Below are positions 1-9,624 of a DNA stretch of 64,000 nucleotides, piece after piece. Positions within the stretch are counted from its first letter, which is position 1, and the number at the start of each line of letters is the position of its first letter. The stretch comes from a virus. The stretch is taken from positions 64,001 to 128,000 of the IMG/VR virus record IMGVR_UViG_3300037755_000305. One strand, written 5' to 3'. The notes under the pieces are model-generated. The model did no database searches and was not told the origin of the DNA. It worked only from the letters and a program-made list of their open reading frames with translations. The translations under genes were made by a program, and so were the position numbers.

Positions 1-2
1 TC

Positions 3-557
3 AGCGTTCCTCCTGAGCCGCTGTTGGTGTCTTCCATTCGTGTACAGGCAGCCATGTCGTCTGATCCTGGGAACTGGCAAGGCTTTGAACCGGTTGCTTT
101 GGTTTCCAAGAATCCAAATTACGCAGTATTCGAGCATGACTTCGGAGAGCCTATTGATAAGGTCCAATTAGAAATGTTCGGCATCTTTACTGATTATGCG
201 TTGGCCGATGTTACCAACGTAGGCGTAATTGGTCAGGGTCCGACGGGAGCCGCCGGTGCTGCTGGCGCCACGGGCGCTTCGGGTGCTGCTGGAGCCACGG
301 GTGCTGCTGGATCTGATGGAGCAACTGGTACACAGGGCGCAACTGGACCTGCTGCGAACATATACTCGCAAACCTTCCCGTCGTCCAGTGTATGGACAGT
401 TACACACAATCTAGGTACTACAGATATTACTTGGGCGGCATACGATACCTCTGGCGTGGCGCAATTCCCTGTCATGGACATTGTTGATGCCAACACTGTA
501 ACCATGACCTTCGCGCCCGCCTTGGCTGGTACGGCTGTCATTGTGGGGGTTAGCTAA
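3..557 (+). CDS. Collagen-like virion fibre protein, C-terminal part (5'-truncated by window start)
   Basis: Frame is open from base 3. Gly-X-Y run (GPTGAAGAAGATGASG...) followed by a W-x-V-x-HNLG...D-x-NTV-x-x-x-F C-terminal domain typical of phage fibre proteins. Confidence 0.7.
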   Translation, partial: SVPPEPLLVSSIRVQAAMSSDPGNWQGFEPVALVSKNPNYAVFEHDFGEPIDKVQLEMFGIFTDYALADVTNVGVIGQGPTGAAGAAGATGASGAAGATGAAGSDGATGTQGATGPAANIYSQTFPSSSVWTVTHNLGTTDITWAAYDTSGVAQFPVMDIVDANTVTMTFAPALAGTAVIVGVS

Positions 558-1153
558 TGACTACTAGGTATCAAACACCTGATTTTCGAGATGAAAATGG
601 AAACAGGCTCGTACCTCGGACACTGCTTCAAACAGTCACGCTAAGTGTTGCGCAAAATACAGTCGAATTGGTTCTTCCTTCCACACCTTGGAAGCGTTTT
701 GAAATTCAGGTTGACAACATGGCGTCTGTTCAAGATAGAGTAGGTGGCAGAATTAGGTTTCGTATGAACGGTGGAATACAAGCTGGGGTATCGGATTACT
801 CTTTTCATGTGGCCGGTTATCCGTCAACTGCTGGAGAAGCTTCGGACTTTGATGATAGTCTATCGTATATCAAGCTAACCAGAGACGACACCAATTTACA
901 GTTCGGAAGCCAAAATAACGAGTCCTACTCATTTAACCTTTTCATAGATCCTGGAGAAGACGCAGCATATCTTCCACGAATCTGGGGCCAAGGTATGGGT
1001 CTGTCCGACCAGCCGATTGGCAACGGTATTTCTATATACGGCATCTATAGGGGTGTAACTTCACAGGAGTTCGGACGAGTAGAGGGCATCGAATTCAGCA
1101 TGGTATCTGACAACATTAAGAGAGGCGAATTCCGTCTATACGGAACGGAGTAG
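557..1153 (+). CDS. Putative fibre-associated structural protein
   Basis: 198 aa ORF with ATG overlapping the upstream stop; beta-rich, ends in F-x-LYG like many phage fibre accessory domains; context only. Confidence 0.45.
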   Translation: MTTRYQTPDFRDENGNRLVPRTLLQTVTLSVAQNTVELVLPSTPWKRFEIQVDNMASVQDRVGGRIRFRMNGGIQAGVSDYSFHVAGYPSTAGEASDFDDSLSYIKLTRDDTNLQFGSQNNESYSFNLFIDPGEDAAYLPRIWGQGMGLSDQPIGNGISIYGIYRGVTSQEFGRVEGIEFSMVSDNIKRGEFRLYGTE

Positions 1154-1157
1154 TATT

Positions 1158-2090
1158 ATGGCACAGACACGTTATATAAATTTTGGGGATACCGTCCTCG
1201 CCCAGAGAATCAACGAAATTTCTACAGCTATCGTCGTCCCTGCGGTTCTTTCTGGTGCCGAGATGACTGTTGGATTGGGCGGGAAAAGTGTGAATATAGC
1301 CCCCCACAAAGTGATGCTTGACGATGTTCTACTGATTGAGAACTCTACAATCAATTTGGTAGTGTCAAACCCTTTGCCTGTAGATGCCACTGATTACACT
1401 ATAGTCTATGAGCACTCAAACCAGCAGATTCAGGGCGGTGTACCCGCTTTGTTGCTAATCAAAGAAGGTTTGTTGTCTTTTGACTCCCTATCTAACACAG
1501 TTGTCGTAGGTTGGATTCGATGGACTGGATCAGGTACACAGCTACAGCCCGAGATGTTTATTGAGGCCCCTAAGCTACAGATCAGGAATCCTTCCGAGTT
1601 CTTTGCGGATACTATAGTTCCTCCATTTGTTCCTAGAATCTACACTAGAGATGAATCTCCAGTAACCGGAGCCACTGTAGTTACAGATGTATTTGATGTT
1701 ACAGCTTTCGATAGCGGGCAAATAGGATCAGCTCATCTGAAATTAGACAATGTGTCTGCCTCTATCAACACCATTACTCACCTATTTCCGTTCGTGTCAG
1801 GATTGCAACCCCCAAATAGAATAATCATCGAAGCAAACGCTCCTTTAGGAGGCTCTGTATCTGTATCTTTGATTGACGAAGAGGGCAACGAGTACGCTGC
1901 CGTAGCAGACGGAACTATCACCAATACGTCATCGCAGTTCGAGTTTCGAGAGGTGCAGATCCTAAATGTTGACACAACGAAATTTTCGCAGAATCGTCCG
2001 TACTACGTACAGACTGTCACACAACTTAACCCAGGGAAGCAGGCGCTAATTTCCATCATTGGAACCTCCTCCAACTTCCTACCAGTATAA
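1158..2090 (+). CDS. Putative baseplate/tail structural protein
   Basis: 310 aa beta-rich ORF tightly packed behind fibre genes; no diagnostic motif. Confidence 0.35.
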   Translation: MAQTRYINFGDTVLAQRINEISTAIVVPAVLSGAEMTVGLGGKSVNIAPHKVMLDDVLLIENSTINLVVSNPLPVDATDYTIVYEHSNQQIQGGVPALLLIKEGLLSFDSLSNTVVVGWIRWTGSGTQLQPEMFIEAPKLQIRNPSEFFADTIVPPFVPRIYTRDESPVTGATVVTDVFDVTAFDSGQIGSAHLKLDNVSASINTITHLFPFVSGLQPPNRIIIEANAPLGGSVSVSLIDEEGNEYAAVADGTITNTSSQFEFREVQILNVDTTKFSQNRPYYVQTVTQLNPGKQALISIIGTSSNFLPV

Positions 2091-2101
2091 GAGATCAGAT
2101 T

Positions 2102-2539
2102 ATGAAAACTGTAACAGGACTACGAACAGTCGTAAAGTTCTTCAACAACGGGCAAGTTCAAGGTGGTGGTACTATCGGTGATAAGCCGAAAATCCACAAT
2201 CACTTGATTACCAGAACATTGGGTAAGCTTGGCGTTATTGACTCCAAGTGGGAACCCACGGAAGAGTCCCCGAAGGATGGATCTTTTTGGCTCGTAGAGA
2301 TACTTCGAGAAACCAGCCCCTCGAAAGCGCAAGGTGTTTTCGTTTTGTCCCCCATTCGCCCTGTAGAAGTCGGCGAAGTACAGAAACTTTCCCCGGGGAT
2401 GTACGAAGAGGAAAGCGATGAGGGTACGGTTATTATCACCCCCAAGTTGCGTGAAGACTTCTACTGGATGTTGCCCTTGTCTCTACGCAAGTCTATGACG
2501 AATGTCAACGCAGTTGTCGTTAAGTACCTCTGGGAGTAG
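2102..2539 (+). CDS. Hypothetical protein
   Basis: 145 aa ORF filling the gap before the polymerase. Confidence 0.6.
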   Translation: MKTVTGLRTVVKFFNNGQVQGGGTIGDKPKIHNHLITRTLGKLGVIDSKWEPTEESPKDGSFWLVEILRETSPSKAQGVFVLSPIRPVEVGEVQKLSPGMYEEESDEGTVIITPKLREDFYWMLPLSLRKSMTNVNAVVVKYLWE

Positions 2540-2547
2540 GTTCGTAG

Positions 2548-2554
2548 ACTAAAG
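2548..2554 (+). promoter_or_regulatory. ACTAAAG motif 7 nt upstream of the polymerase start codon
   Basis: Same heptamer with identical 7-nt spacing precedes starts at 10462, 13894, 39006 (-) and 54282 (-). Confidence 0.45.
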
Positions 2555-2561
2555 AGGTCGC

Positions 2562-5500
2562 ATGGATTCAGGGATTCTACCCTTCACATGCGCTCAAGAG
2601 TCTTGTCCTGCTTACGCGGACTGTTCTCTCATTCCTACGCAATTTCGCCGTGGCAAAAAGCACCCGGACGAGGTGATCCTTTTCGTAGGAGAAGGCCCCC
2701 GGAGGTCCGAGTCTGAGAGCGGCCTTCCGTTCCAAGGCAAGGACGGGGATCTGCTCCGCAAAAATGTCAATAGATTCAACGTCAGAGGCGTCTCAGTCGC
2801 TTATACGTCACTTGTTAGGAACTGGGATGAGCTGGGTGGAGCAGGGCAAACTATCTCTCCAGAGACCGTTCAGGAGTGCCTCAAGCACCTAAAAACGGAC
2901 ATAGACACTCTGAAGCCCACCAAAATCGTCGTAATGGGCAGTGTTCTTAAGAGTTTGGTGCCAAGCACCCCCCACATCTCAAAGGCTCGTGGTCAGCACT
3001 ACGATCATCCGGTCCTGGGCAAGATCTTTGCCACCTACGATCCGGCTTACGTAATGAAACGTCCTGGGTTTTTCGAACAATGGAAGAACGACATCCAGTT
3101 GTCCCTGGGATCAACAGCGGCCCAGAAAAAGGCGGACAAATGGGCCAAGCCATCCGCGTTCCGAATTCTGACGAAGGTAGAGGACGTTGAAGAGTACGTT
3201 GAGCACCTTCTGACTGATCCCAAAATCAAGATTATCGCCTGTGACACGGAAACCAAGAACCTAAATAAGCGTTATGGTAACGTGCTTGGCACCTTCCAGT
3301 TTTGTGAAGACGGAAATACCGGTACGGTAATTCCCTATATGCACCCGCAAGCGCCGTGGTGGCCGGATGACAAGAAACGTCTCGATAAGGCACTGATTCG
3401 TCTCTTTACAGAGCCTAACCCCAAGTTTCGTTACTGGGTCTTCCACAACGTTGCCTTCGATTTTCGTATGATGATGAACTTCGGTCTGGGGATCTGCAAG
3501 TTCAATAGACCTTTGTTGGATACCGGCATGATGGCTTATTGCCAGGACGAGAATCGCGGAAAATCTGGCATCGACAAGCCGTATTCTCTGGACTCGCTGC
3601 TTAGAGATTATCTGAAGGTCGCAAAATACGAAGATCCTGAAATCGAGCGCCTGAAGAAACAGGGCAAGCTTCTAGAAATTGCTATCGAACGTATTGCCAA
3701 ATATGGTGCCAGCGACGCTGTTTACACTTGGCGATTGTTTTGGTTCATTCTGGAGAGGGCTGACAAAGAGCAGTACAAGCAGAAACTACTCAAGCTGGTA
3801 GAACACTGGTTCGAGCCAGTTAATCGCATGATTGGCATCATGGGTTCGAACGGATTCTGGGTAGACATGCACCAGTTGCGTGAACTGAAGAATCCCAAGA
3901 CCAGTCCTATTGTCGCTAGAATGAGCGAGCTTACGGAAGAATGGAAGAGTAGCCATCCTACGCAGGAGGCAAACAGGAGGCTTTTGCGTAAGCAACTCGG
4001 CGGAAAGATGAAGCCGGTGTTTGGCGGCGGAAAAGATGCCTGGATGTTCAACATCGACAAAATGGACCACAAACAGTGCCTATTCTTCGACGTAATGGGT
4101 CTCGCACCTATTGACTTCGGAAAGAGCACAAGGATTCCTATTGTAGGCGCAGTAGAGTCTGGGCAAGAGGTAAAGCCAACACCGACTGGTAAGCTCGATA
4201 AGGCGTTCCAAGAACGTTACATGCACATACCAGAAGTGGAGAGATTGCACGAACATTCTGGACTGAAGAAGCTCAAGACATCCTATGTGAAGTCCATCTA
4301 TGAATTCCTAGATCCGAAGAATGGACAGGAAGGGGCTATCGACAGCCGCGTGCGTCCTAGCTTTTGGGTCACCACTACGGATACAGGGCGCTCTTCCTGT
4401 TCTGACCCCAACCTTCAGCAAGTTCCTAGAAGTGATAACTGGGCCAAGAAAGAGATTAAGAACATGTACGCGGCTGAGCCCGGGTGCGCCCTAATTCAGC
4501 TAGACTTCATGACATCAGAGGTCCGGTGGTGGGGAATCTTATCTGGCTGTCCGAGCCTTGCAAAGGCGTTCCTTGACGGCAAGAAAGCGCGCGACGATTA
4601 TTCTAGTGCAGCAGAGGACTACGTAAAACGAAAGCCTAAGATGCACTACGCGATCTTGTCTGCTGGTGCTGACATGTTGAATCCTGAGGATGAAGACGCT
4701 AACGGTCTGTTCACCTTCAAACAAAAGGAGGGACCTAACGGATTAGAAATTTTGAATGGCAAACATTCGACTAAGGCTATCAAGATCGCCTGGAAACTTT
4801 TGCACACAGATCCGCTATTTCGTGCCCTGTGTCAGGCTAAGGTATTCGCGGGAATTGCTGGCGACATCCACAAATCAACTGCCAGTCAGATGTACAAAAC
4901 CCCGATCACACAGGTAACCAAGAGTCAGCGTACAGATACGAAGTCGATTGTGTTTGGTACCATGTTTGGTCGTGGTGTGAAGGCCATTGCCGCACAGCTT
5001 CAGATCGAAGATATTGCAGATGTTCAAAACAGGATAGATAACTTCTTTGCCCAGTTCCCTGCGGCGGAAAAGTGGATGTTCGATATTGAAGAAGAAGGTG
5101 AAGAGAAAGGTTACGTAGAAAGCCCCATCGGTCGTAGGCGACGGTTGTTGACGTTCCAGATGGGTTACGGTGATGACGGAGAAATAGCGAAAGCAAAGCG
5201 CATCGCAAGAAACGCTCCGATTCAGGGCATTTCCTCCGATGGTGCTTTTCTGGGGGCCGCTATGTTCTGCGATTGGTTGATCGAAAAAGGCAAATGGCAT
5301 CCGCACCCCACCAAAGAATGTTGGCAACTTCAGGACGTAGTTCACGACTCTCTAGTGCTTCAAGTTCCGATCGAAGACGTGCCGAAAGCACTGCGCGAAG
5401 TCAAACCCTGGTTCACTAACAAATTGATGGATCGAATGGTTGAAATTTGGAACGTGGATTTCAACATACCTTTGGAGATTGACTTCGAAGTGGGGCTGAA

Positions 5501-5609
5501 GTGGGGCGAGATCGAGGCATGGGACGGTACGCAGCTTCATCTCGATTACTTGATGAATCGTCTTCGTAAAGCGGAAGCGGAACGAACATTGGAAACAGAA
5601 TGCTTGTAA
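2562..5609 (+). CDS. polA: Family A DNA polymerase with N-terminal uracil-DNA-glycosylase-like (family 4-like) domain and 3'-5' exonuclease
   Basis: UDG-like ILFVGEGP...GLPFQG; exonuclease CDTET, HNVAFD and YGASDA motifs; TGRSSCSDPNLQQVP; motif A DFMTSEVR; motif B RTDTKSIVFGTMFG; motif C VHDSL. Confidence 0.93.
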   Translation: MDSGILPFTCAQESCPAYADCSLIPTQFRRGKKHPDEVILFVGEGPRRSESESGLPFQGKDGDLLRKNVNRFNVRGVSVAYTSLVRNWDELGGAGQTISPETVQECLKHLKTDIDTLKPTKIVVMGSVLKSLVPSTPHISKARGQHYDHPVLGKIFATYDPAYVMKRPGFFEQWKNDIQLSLGSTAAQKKADKWAKPSAFRILTKVEDVEEYVEHLLTDPKIKIIACDTETKNLNKRYGNVLGTFQFCEDGNTGTVIPYMHPQAPWWPDDKKRLDKALIRLFTEPNPKFRYWVFHNVAFDFRMMMNFGLGICKFNRPLLDTGMMAYCQDENRGKSGIDKPYSLDSLLRDYLKVAKYEDPEIERLKKQGKLLEIAIERIAKYGASDAVYTWRLFWFILERADKEQYKQKLLKLVEHWFEPVNRMIGIMGSNGFWVDMHQLRELKNPKTSPIVARMSELTEEWKSSHPTQEANRRLLRKQLGGKMKPVFGGGKDAWMFNIDKMDHKQCLFFDVMGLAPIDFGKSTRIPIVGAVESGQEVKPTPTGKLDKAFQERYMHIPEVERLHEHSGLKKLKTSYVKSIYEFLDPKNGQEGAIDSRVRPSFWVTTTDTGRSSCSDPNLQQVPRSDNWAKKEIKNMYAAEPGCALIQLDFMTSEVRWWGILSGCPSLAKAFLDGKKARDDYSSAAEDYVKRKPKMHYAILSAGADMLNPEDEDANGLFTFKQKEGPNGLEILNGKHSTKAIKIAWKLLHTDPLFRALCQAKVFAGIAGDIHKSTASQMYKTPITQVTKSQRTDTKSIVFGTMFGRGVKAIAAQLQIEDIADVQNRIDNFFAQFPAAEKWMFDIEEEGEEKGYVESPIGRRRRLLTFQMGYGDDGEIAKAKRIARNAPIQGISSDGAFLGAAMFCDWLIEKGKWHPHPTKECWQLQDVVHDSLVLQVPIEDVPKALREVKPWFTNKLMDRMVEIWNVDFNIPLEIDFEVGLKWGEIEAWDGTQLHLDYLMNRLRKAEAERTLETECL

Positions 5610-5733
5610 ATTTCGGTGAAAAAGTCCGCAAATTAATGTTGTTCTTTGTTGTCGGAGGGTATTGGAAGGGAGCAGGTGCATACCTTCTGCTCTTCTTATG
5701 CAATGCCTACACGTTTGAGACGAAAAGGAGAAA

Positions 5734-6321
5734 ATGATGACAAACCAAAAGGCTGAGCGCACCAATGAAAGATTTGCAGTGTACTTATCAGGTGGTATGG
5801 AGTTCAAGAAAAATTTAGGTAGCAAATGGCGAGAGTGGATAACAGAGCGCTTGGCGGAACAGGACATCTTCGCTCTTGATCCAGTTAAGTTGGAAGCTAC
5901 TGGTGTTTTCGGCGCGCCGACACAGCAGAGGCTATCCGAACTCAAGGAAACCCCTTCTAAAGAGAACATGGAAATTATCAGGAATATTGCAAGAGACCAA
6001 TTCTTCCGAAAAGACATTCACGCTATCCAGTTGGCGGACGCTATCATTGTATTGTACGACAAGTCTGCACAGCTAGGAGCAGGAACACTTTCCGAAGCAT
6101 GGGAAGCTTTTCGAGAAGGAAGACCGGTGTACCTCATGTCAGATTTTCCGATTGAAGAGATTCCGGTATGGCTCATTGGAGAGACAACAGAAATCTTCTA
6201 CAACTTTGAAGACCTTTTGGAATACACTAAAGACCACAGCAATATCCTACGTGATATCAAGAATGCCAGAGCAATCAGAGAATCTGTGCTTGGCGACCTA
6301 TACTTGAAAGAGGTACAATGA
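5734..6321 (+). CDS. Nucleoside 2-deoxyribosyltransferase / nucleotide N-glycosidase family protein
   Basis: VYLSGGM strand, D-x-x-x-I-x-x-AD-x-I-I-V and GT-x-x-E motifs typical of the NDT/RCL/MilB fold; strong SD (aaggag). Confidence 0.7.
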   Translation: MMTNQKAERTNERFAVYLSGGMEFKKNLGSKWREWITERLAEQDIFALDPVKLEATGVFGAPTQQRLSELKETPSKENMEIIRNIARDQFFRKDIHAIQLADAIIVLYDKSAQLGAGTLSEAWEAFREGRPVYLMSDFPIEEIPVWLIGETTEIFYNFEDLLEYTKDHSNILRDIKNARAIRESVLGDLYLKEVQ

Positions 6322-8117
6322 GCAACGAGCAAGCAGGTAAAGATCTCAAGTGGAAGCAGTTCAACGTGGGTACGGGCGGAACTATATGTCTTGTAGATTG
6401 GATGGGGGAAGATTACTCCATCGTAGAGGCAGCCCGAGTATCTTACGGTGAAGGCACTCGACACACCAGCGATGACCGGCAGCTAATTCGCTACCTTATG
6501 CGGCACTGGCACTCTACGCCTTTCGAGATGGCGGAGCTAAAGTTTCGTGTTCGCGTGCCGATGGACACATGGCGGCAGTGGATCAGGCACCGCACCGCCT
6601 GCCTTTCTGGAGACACAACTTTGGTGTTTAACCGGCCCGATGATAACAAGGCGTACAGGATCACAGTAAAAAGCGTATTTGAAAAATTCCAACCTACTGA
6701 GAATAGACATAGACCAGATAAACAAAAAAACCCTATCTTCAAGAGAGAACGTGTCGAAGCTATGCAGCTACGTTCTGTTAACGAAGAAACAGGTGAGATT
6801 ATTCATTCAAACATAGTGGATATTTGGGAATCCGGGATCAAGGACGTATACAGAGTTACAATCAATACGTCCCAAGGCGTTAGGCACGTTAGGGCATCAA
6901 AAGATCATAGATTTTTTACCCCGGATGGATGGAAAACCCTAAGTTGGTTAAATGTCAATGATGAAGTCATTACTATTACTCCCCGAAACGGCACAGCTCC
7001 TCCCGTGTTCAATAATATTGATCCAGATTCGGAAGAATGGGCACCTATAGTTGGGTGGGAAAATTACTACACCATCTCTACACAGGGGAGAGTAAAGAGA
7101 ATTATGGGCGGCAGGGGTTCTCGCTCTCATGGACGCTGTAAAAAGTTAACGGTGAGTAATGGTAGGGCGGTAACGAGTCTTAATCGTCCAGGCGAACAGA
7201 CTGTAATTTTAGTACATAAAGAAATGTTAAGAGCGTTCGTTGGCGAACCAAAATCCGCCGGACAAGAGTCGTTGCACAATAACGGTAATTCTCTTGACAA
7301 TAGAATAGAAAATCTACGCTGGGGATCAAGTCTTGAAAACAGTCAAGACATGGTAGATCACGGGCATTCTTCTTTTTTGTGTGCGCAACCGAAGAAAATA
7401 GTCGCCATTGAACATGACGGCAGAGAAATGACTTACGATCTTGAAGTATCAGGTGATTGGCATAACTTCTCTGCAAACGATTTCGTTGTACACAACTCTG
7501 TAAACGAGTATTCCACTCGGTATTCTGTGGCGATTGACGAATTTGCAGCCACTCTCCCAGGAGAATGGAGAATGCAAGCGGAAAATAACCGGCAAGGATC
7601 TGATGGGCTATTGGAAGCTACAAAAGGCGGAGCGATGCTATCCGCCCAGGAAGATAAGTTTCACCGAGATGCCCGCGCTCTGTACGAAGAGCGGCTAGAA
7701 ATGGGAGTTGCCCGAGAGCAGGCCCGCAAAGATTTGCCGCTTTCCAATTACACGGAGGCATATTGGAAGGTAGACTTACACAATCTTTTCGGCTTTCTTC
7801 GACTCAGAATGGATTCCCACGCCCAGCAAGAGATTCGAGAATTTGCTGAGATTGCAGGGAAAGAGATCGTAGCCAAACTATTTCCCCTTGCATGGGAAGC
7901 TTTTGTGGACTATCGTCTTGAGGCAATTCAGCTCACCAAGCTGGAGATCGGAGTCGTACAGCGCATGATGATAGCAGCTAGAGTGAATCGCACGCGCACA
8001 TTGCTTGAAAATTTTGAAGAATCTCAAGATCCGTCGTGGAAAACACTAAAGAAGTGCCGCGAACGTGACGAATGTAAAGAAAAGCTGATCTTGCTAGGAG
8101 TGATCCCGAATGGGTAA
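6318..8117 (+). CDS. thyX: Flavin-dependent thymidylate synthase ThyX, intein-containing
   Basis: AARVSY, HWHSTPFE, RHRTA|SVNEYSTRY (the RHRX7S motif is restored after intein removal), AREQARKDLP, LRMDSHAQQEIR. Confidence 0.95.
   Translation: MSNEQAGKDLKWKQFNVGTGGTICLVDWMGEDYSIVEAARVSYGEGTRHTSDDRQLIRYLMRHWHSTPFEMAELKFRVRVPMDTWRQWIRHRTACLSGDTTLVFNRPDDNKAYRITVKSVFEKFQPTENRHRPDKQKNPIFKRERVEAMQLRSVNEETGEIIHSNIVDIWESGIKDVYRVTINTSQGVRHVRASKDHRFFTPDGWKTLSWLNVNDEVITITPRNGTAPPVFNNIDPDSEEWAPIVGWENYYTISTQGRVKRIMGGRGSRSHGRCKKLTVSNGRAVTSLNRPGEQTVILVHKEMLRAFVGEPKSAGQESLHNNGNSLDNRIENLRWGSSLENSQDMVDHGHSSFLCAQPKKIVAIEHDGREMTYDLEVSGDWHNFSANDFVVHNSVNEYSTRYSVAIDEFAATLPGEWRMQAENNRQGSDGLLEATKGGAMLSAQEDKFHRDARALYEERLEMGVAREQARKDLPLSNYTEAYWKVDLHNLFGFLRLRMDSHAQQEIREFAEIAGKEIVAKLFPLAWEAFVDYRLEAIQLTKLEIGVVQRMMIAARVNRTRTLLENFEESQDPSWKTLKKCRERDECKEKLILLGVIPNG
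6600..7496 (+). mobile_element. Intein (299 aa) with NUMOD4 + HNH endonuclease inserted in ThyX
   Basis: Starts CLSGDT, ends VVHN followed by Ser; contains EEWAPIVGWENYYTISTQGRV (NUMOD4-like) and H-x-N-G-N-x-x-D-N-x-x-x-NL (HNH); visibly AT-richer than the flanks. Confidence 0.93.
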
Positions 8118-8304
8118 TAGAATGGCTCGACTCGAAAAATATGAAGCGAAGGATGGTTTCCGCTGGCGTTTGCTTGCCGCAAACGGTAAAATCATCGCCG
8201 ATAGCGCCGAAGCCTATTCCAGCTCTTACGCCCTGGACAGGGCTGTAACTTCTGTCATCAACGCCTTTCGCACGGGTGTCGTGGAGGTTACGAACAAGGG
8301 TTGA
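8110..8304 (+). CDS. DUF1508/YegP-family small protein
   Basis: KDGFRWRLLAANGKIIADSAEAYSS matches the YegP-type repeat pattern. Confidence 0.8.
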   Translation: MGNRMARLEKYEAKDGFRWRLLAANGKIIADSAEAYSSSYALDRAVTSVINAFRTGVVEVTNKG

Positions 8305-8663
8305 TGGATTGGCGAGTGCTAAAAAATCTTGAAGGGATTCTTTTTTACATCTTGTACGACTTGAGGGAAGACCCGTCGATATCAAAGATTCATCTGCCAA
8401 TGCCCAACGAAGACGGACCTGTTCTTCTTCTCATAAACCAAAAGGACTACACCAATATCTACAGCGAATTGAACGAGATGAACTACAACGAAGGATTCCA
8501 GTGGATGACTTCTCTCGTGTATAGACCGCTGGGTTCAAATAACGCTTCAGACTTGATTCCAGATACGCCATATATTCTAATCGCACACATGGCTCTGGTA
8601 GAAGAAGACATAGAGGAGTTTTTCGACAAATTGACAACTATGCGTCGATGGCTCCCAAACTAA
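8301..8663 (+). CDS. Hypothetical protein
   Basis: 120 aa ORF overlapping the upstream stop codon. Confidence 0.55.
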   Translation: MMDWRVLKNLEGILFYILYDLREDPSISKIHLPMPNEDGPVLLLINQKDYTNIYSELNEMNYNEGFQWMTSLVYRPLGSNNASDLIPDTPYILIAHMALVEEDIEEFFDKLTTMRRWLPN

Positions 8664-8788
8664 CTTATACAGGCAAGTAGCCTGTGTGGGAACACTAAAG
8701 GTCGGCAGTACCGGTCTTAGCGGGTGGATGTTCCACCAAATGATCGAATGATCGAATGATGAAAATTGAAAATTGAGAAGGAACTACA

Positions 8789-9550
8789 ATGCGTAATTTC
8801 GGTATTGCTCTGATCGCGGCGGCGGCACTCTGCGTCGCTAGTCCGGCTGTTGCCAACCTGTTTGGTGGTGACACTACGGACAACAGCATTAACAATTCTG
8901 CCCAGGGTGGGCAGGGCGGCAACGGTACGGGCGTCGGTGTCGGCATTGGACAGGGCGGCAACGCTGGTGCCAATTCGGATTCTGGCGTCTTTGGTTCGGG
9001 CAACAGCCGCGTTGGTGTCGGCCCGGTCGGTAACAACAGCGGCAACAGCCACACAGATGTGAACAACCGCAACAGCAACGCGGCGTTCTCTGGTGTCGAT
9101 TTCGAGGATGCCACGTTCGGCAACAGCAGCAACTCCAATAGCAACACTCTCGGCCAACAGCAAGGGCAGATTCAGGGCCAAAAGCAGGGTCAGATCAACG
9201 CCCAGGGTCAGGACACGGATCAGGCCAACAAGCAGACTACAAAAATCGACGCTTCTGATCGCTCGGTGACCACGATCGAGGCTTCGGACATTCCGGTTGC
9301 TTCGGCTGCTCCGGTCTTCGCTTCGGCTTGTTCCGCTGGCGTGTCCGGTCAGTCCATGGGTTTTGGTGGTTCGCTCGCCACGACGAACCCCATGTGTGAC
9401 ATGGCTCTCGCCGCAGAGATGGCTCGCGCCGTCGGCAATGACGAGCTGGCCTACGAACTGACCCTCGAAGCTGCTAGATTCGCTCGTGCTCGCACGAACG
9501 TTGTTCGCCGCTTCGGTCAGTGGATTCCCTTCGTCGGCTCCCTCTGGTAA
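8789..9550 (+). CDS. Secreted low-complexity (Asn/Gly/Gln-rich) protein
   Basis: Signal peptide MRNFGIALIAAAALCVASPAVA; NNS- and QGQ-repeats; C-terminal two-Cys domain; good SD (aaggaac). Confidence 0.75.
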   Translation: MRNFGIALIAAAALCVASPAVANLFGGDTTDNSINNSAQGGQGGNGTGVGVGIGQGGNAGANSDSGVFGSGNSRVGVGPVGNNSGNSHTDVNNRNSNAAFSGVDFEDATFGNSSNSNSNTLGQQQGQIQGQKQGQINAQGQDTDQANKQTTKIDASDRSVTTIEASDIPVASAAPVFASACSAGVSGQSMGFGGSLATTNPMCDMALAAEMARAVGNDELAYELTLEAARFARARTNVVRRFGQWIPFVGSLW

Positions 9551-9577
9551 GATCGAGTAGCAAACGAAGACAGTTTA

Positions 9578-9601
9578 GGCGGAGGCCGAGTGGCCTCCGC
9601 C
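9578..9601 (+). promoter_or_regulatory. GC-rich intergenic hairpin lacking a U-tract
   Basis: ggcggaggcc-gagt-ggcctccgcc, perfect 10-bp stem between the secreted-protein and OmpA genes. Confidence 0.55.
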
Positions 9602-9624
9602 GCCTAACTGAATAGGAGTCCAAA

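Noticed and set aside
4875-6017. Antisense ORFs 4875-5345 and 5352-6017
   Set aside because: They overlap well-supported polymerase and NDT genes on the opposite strand and contain no recognisable motifs.
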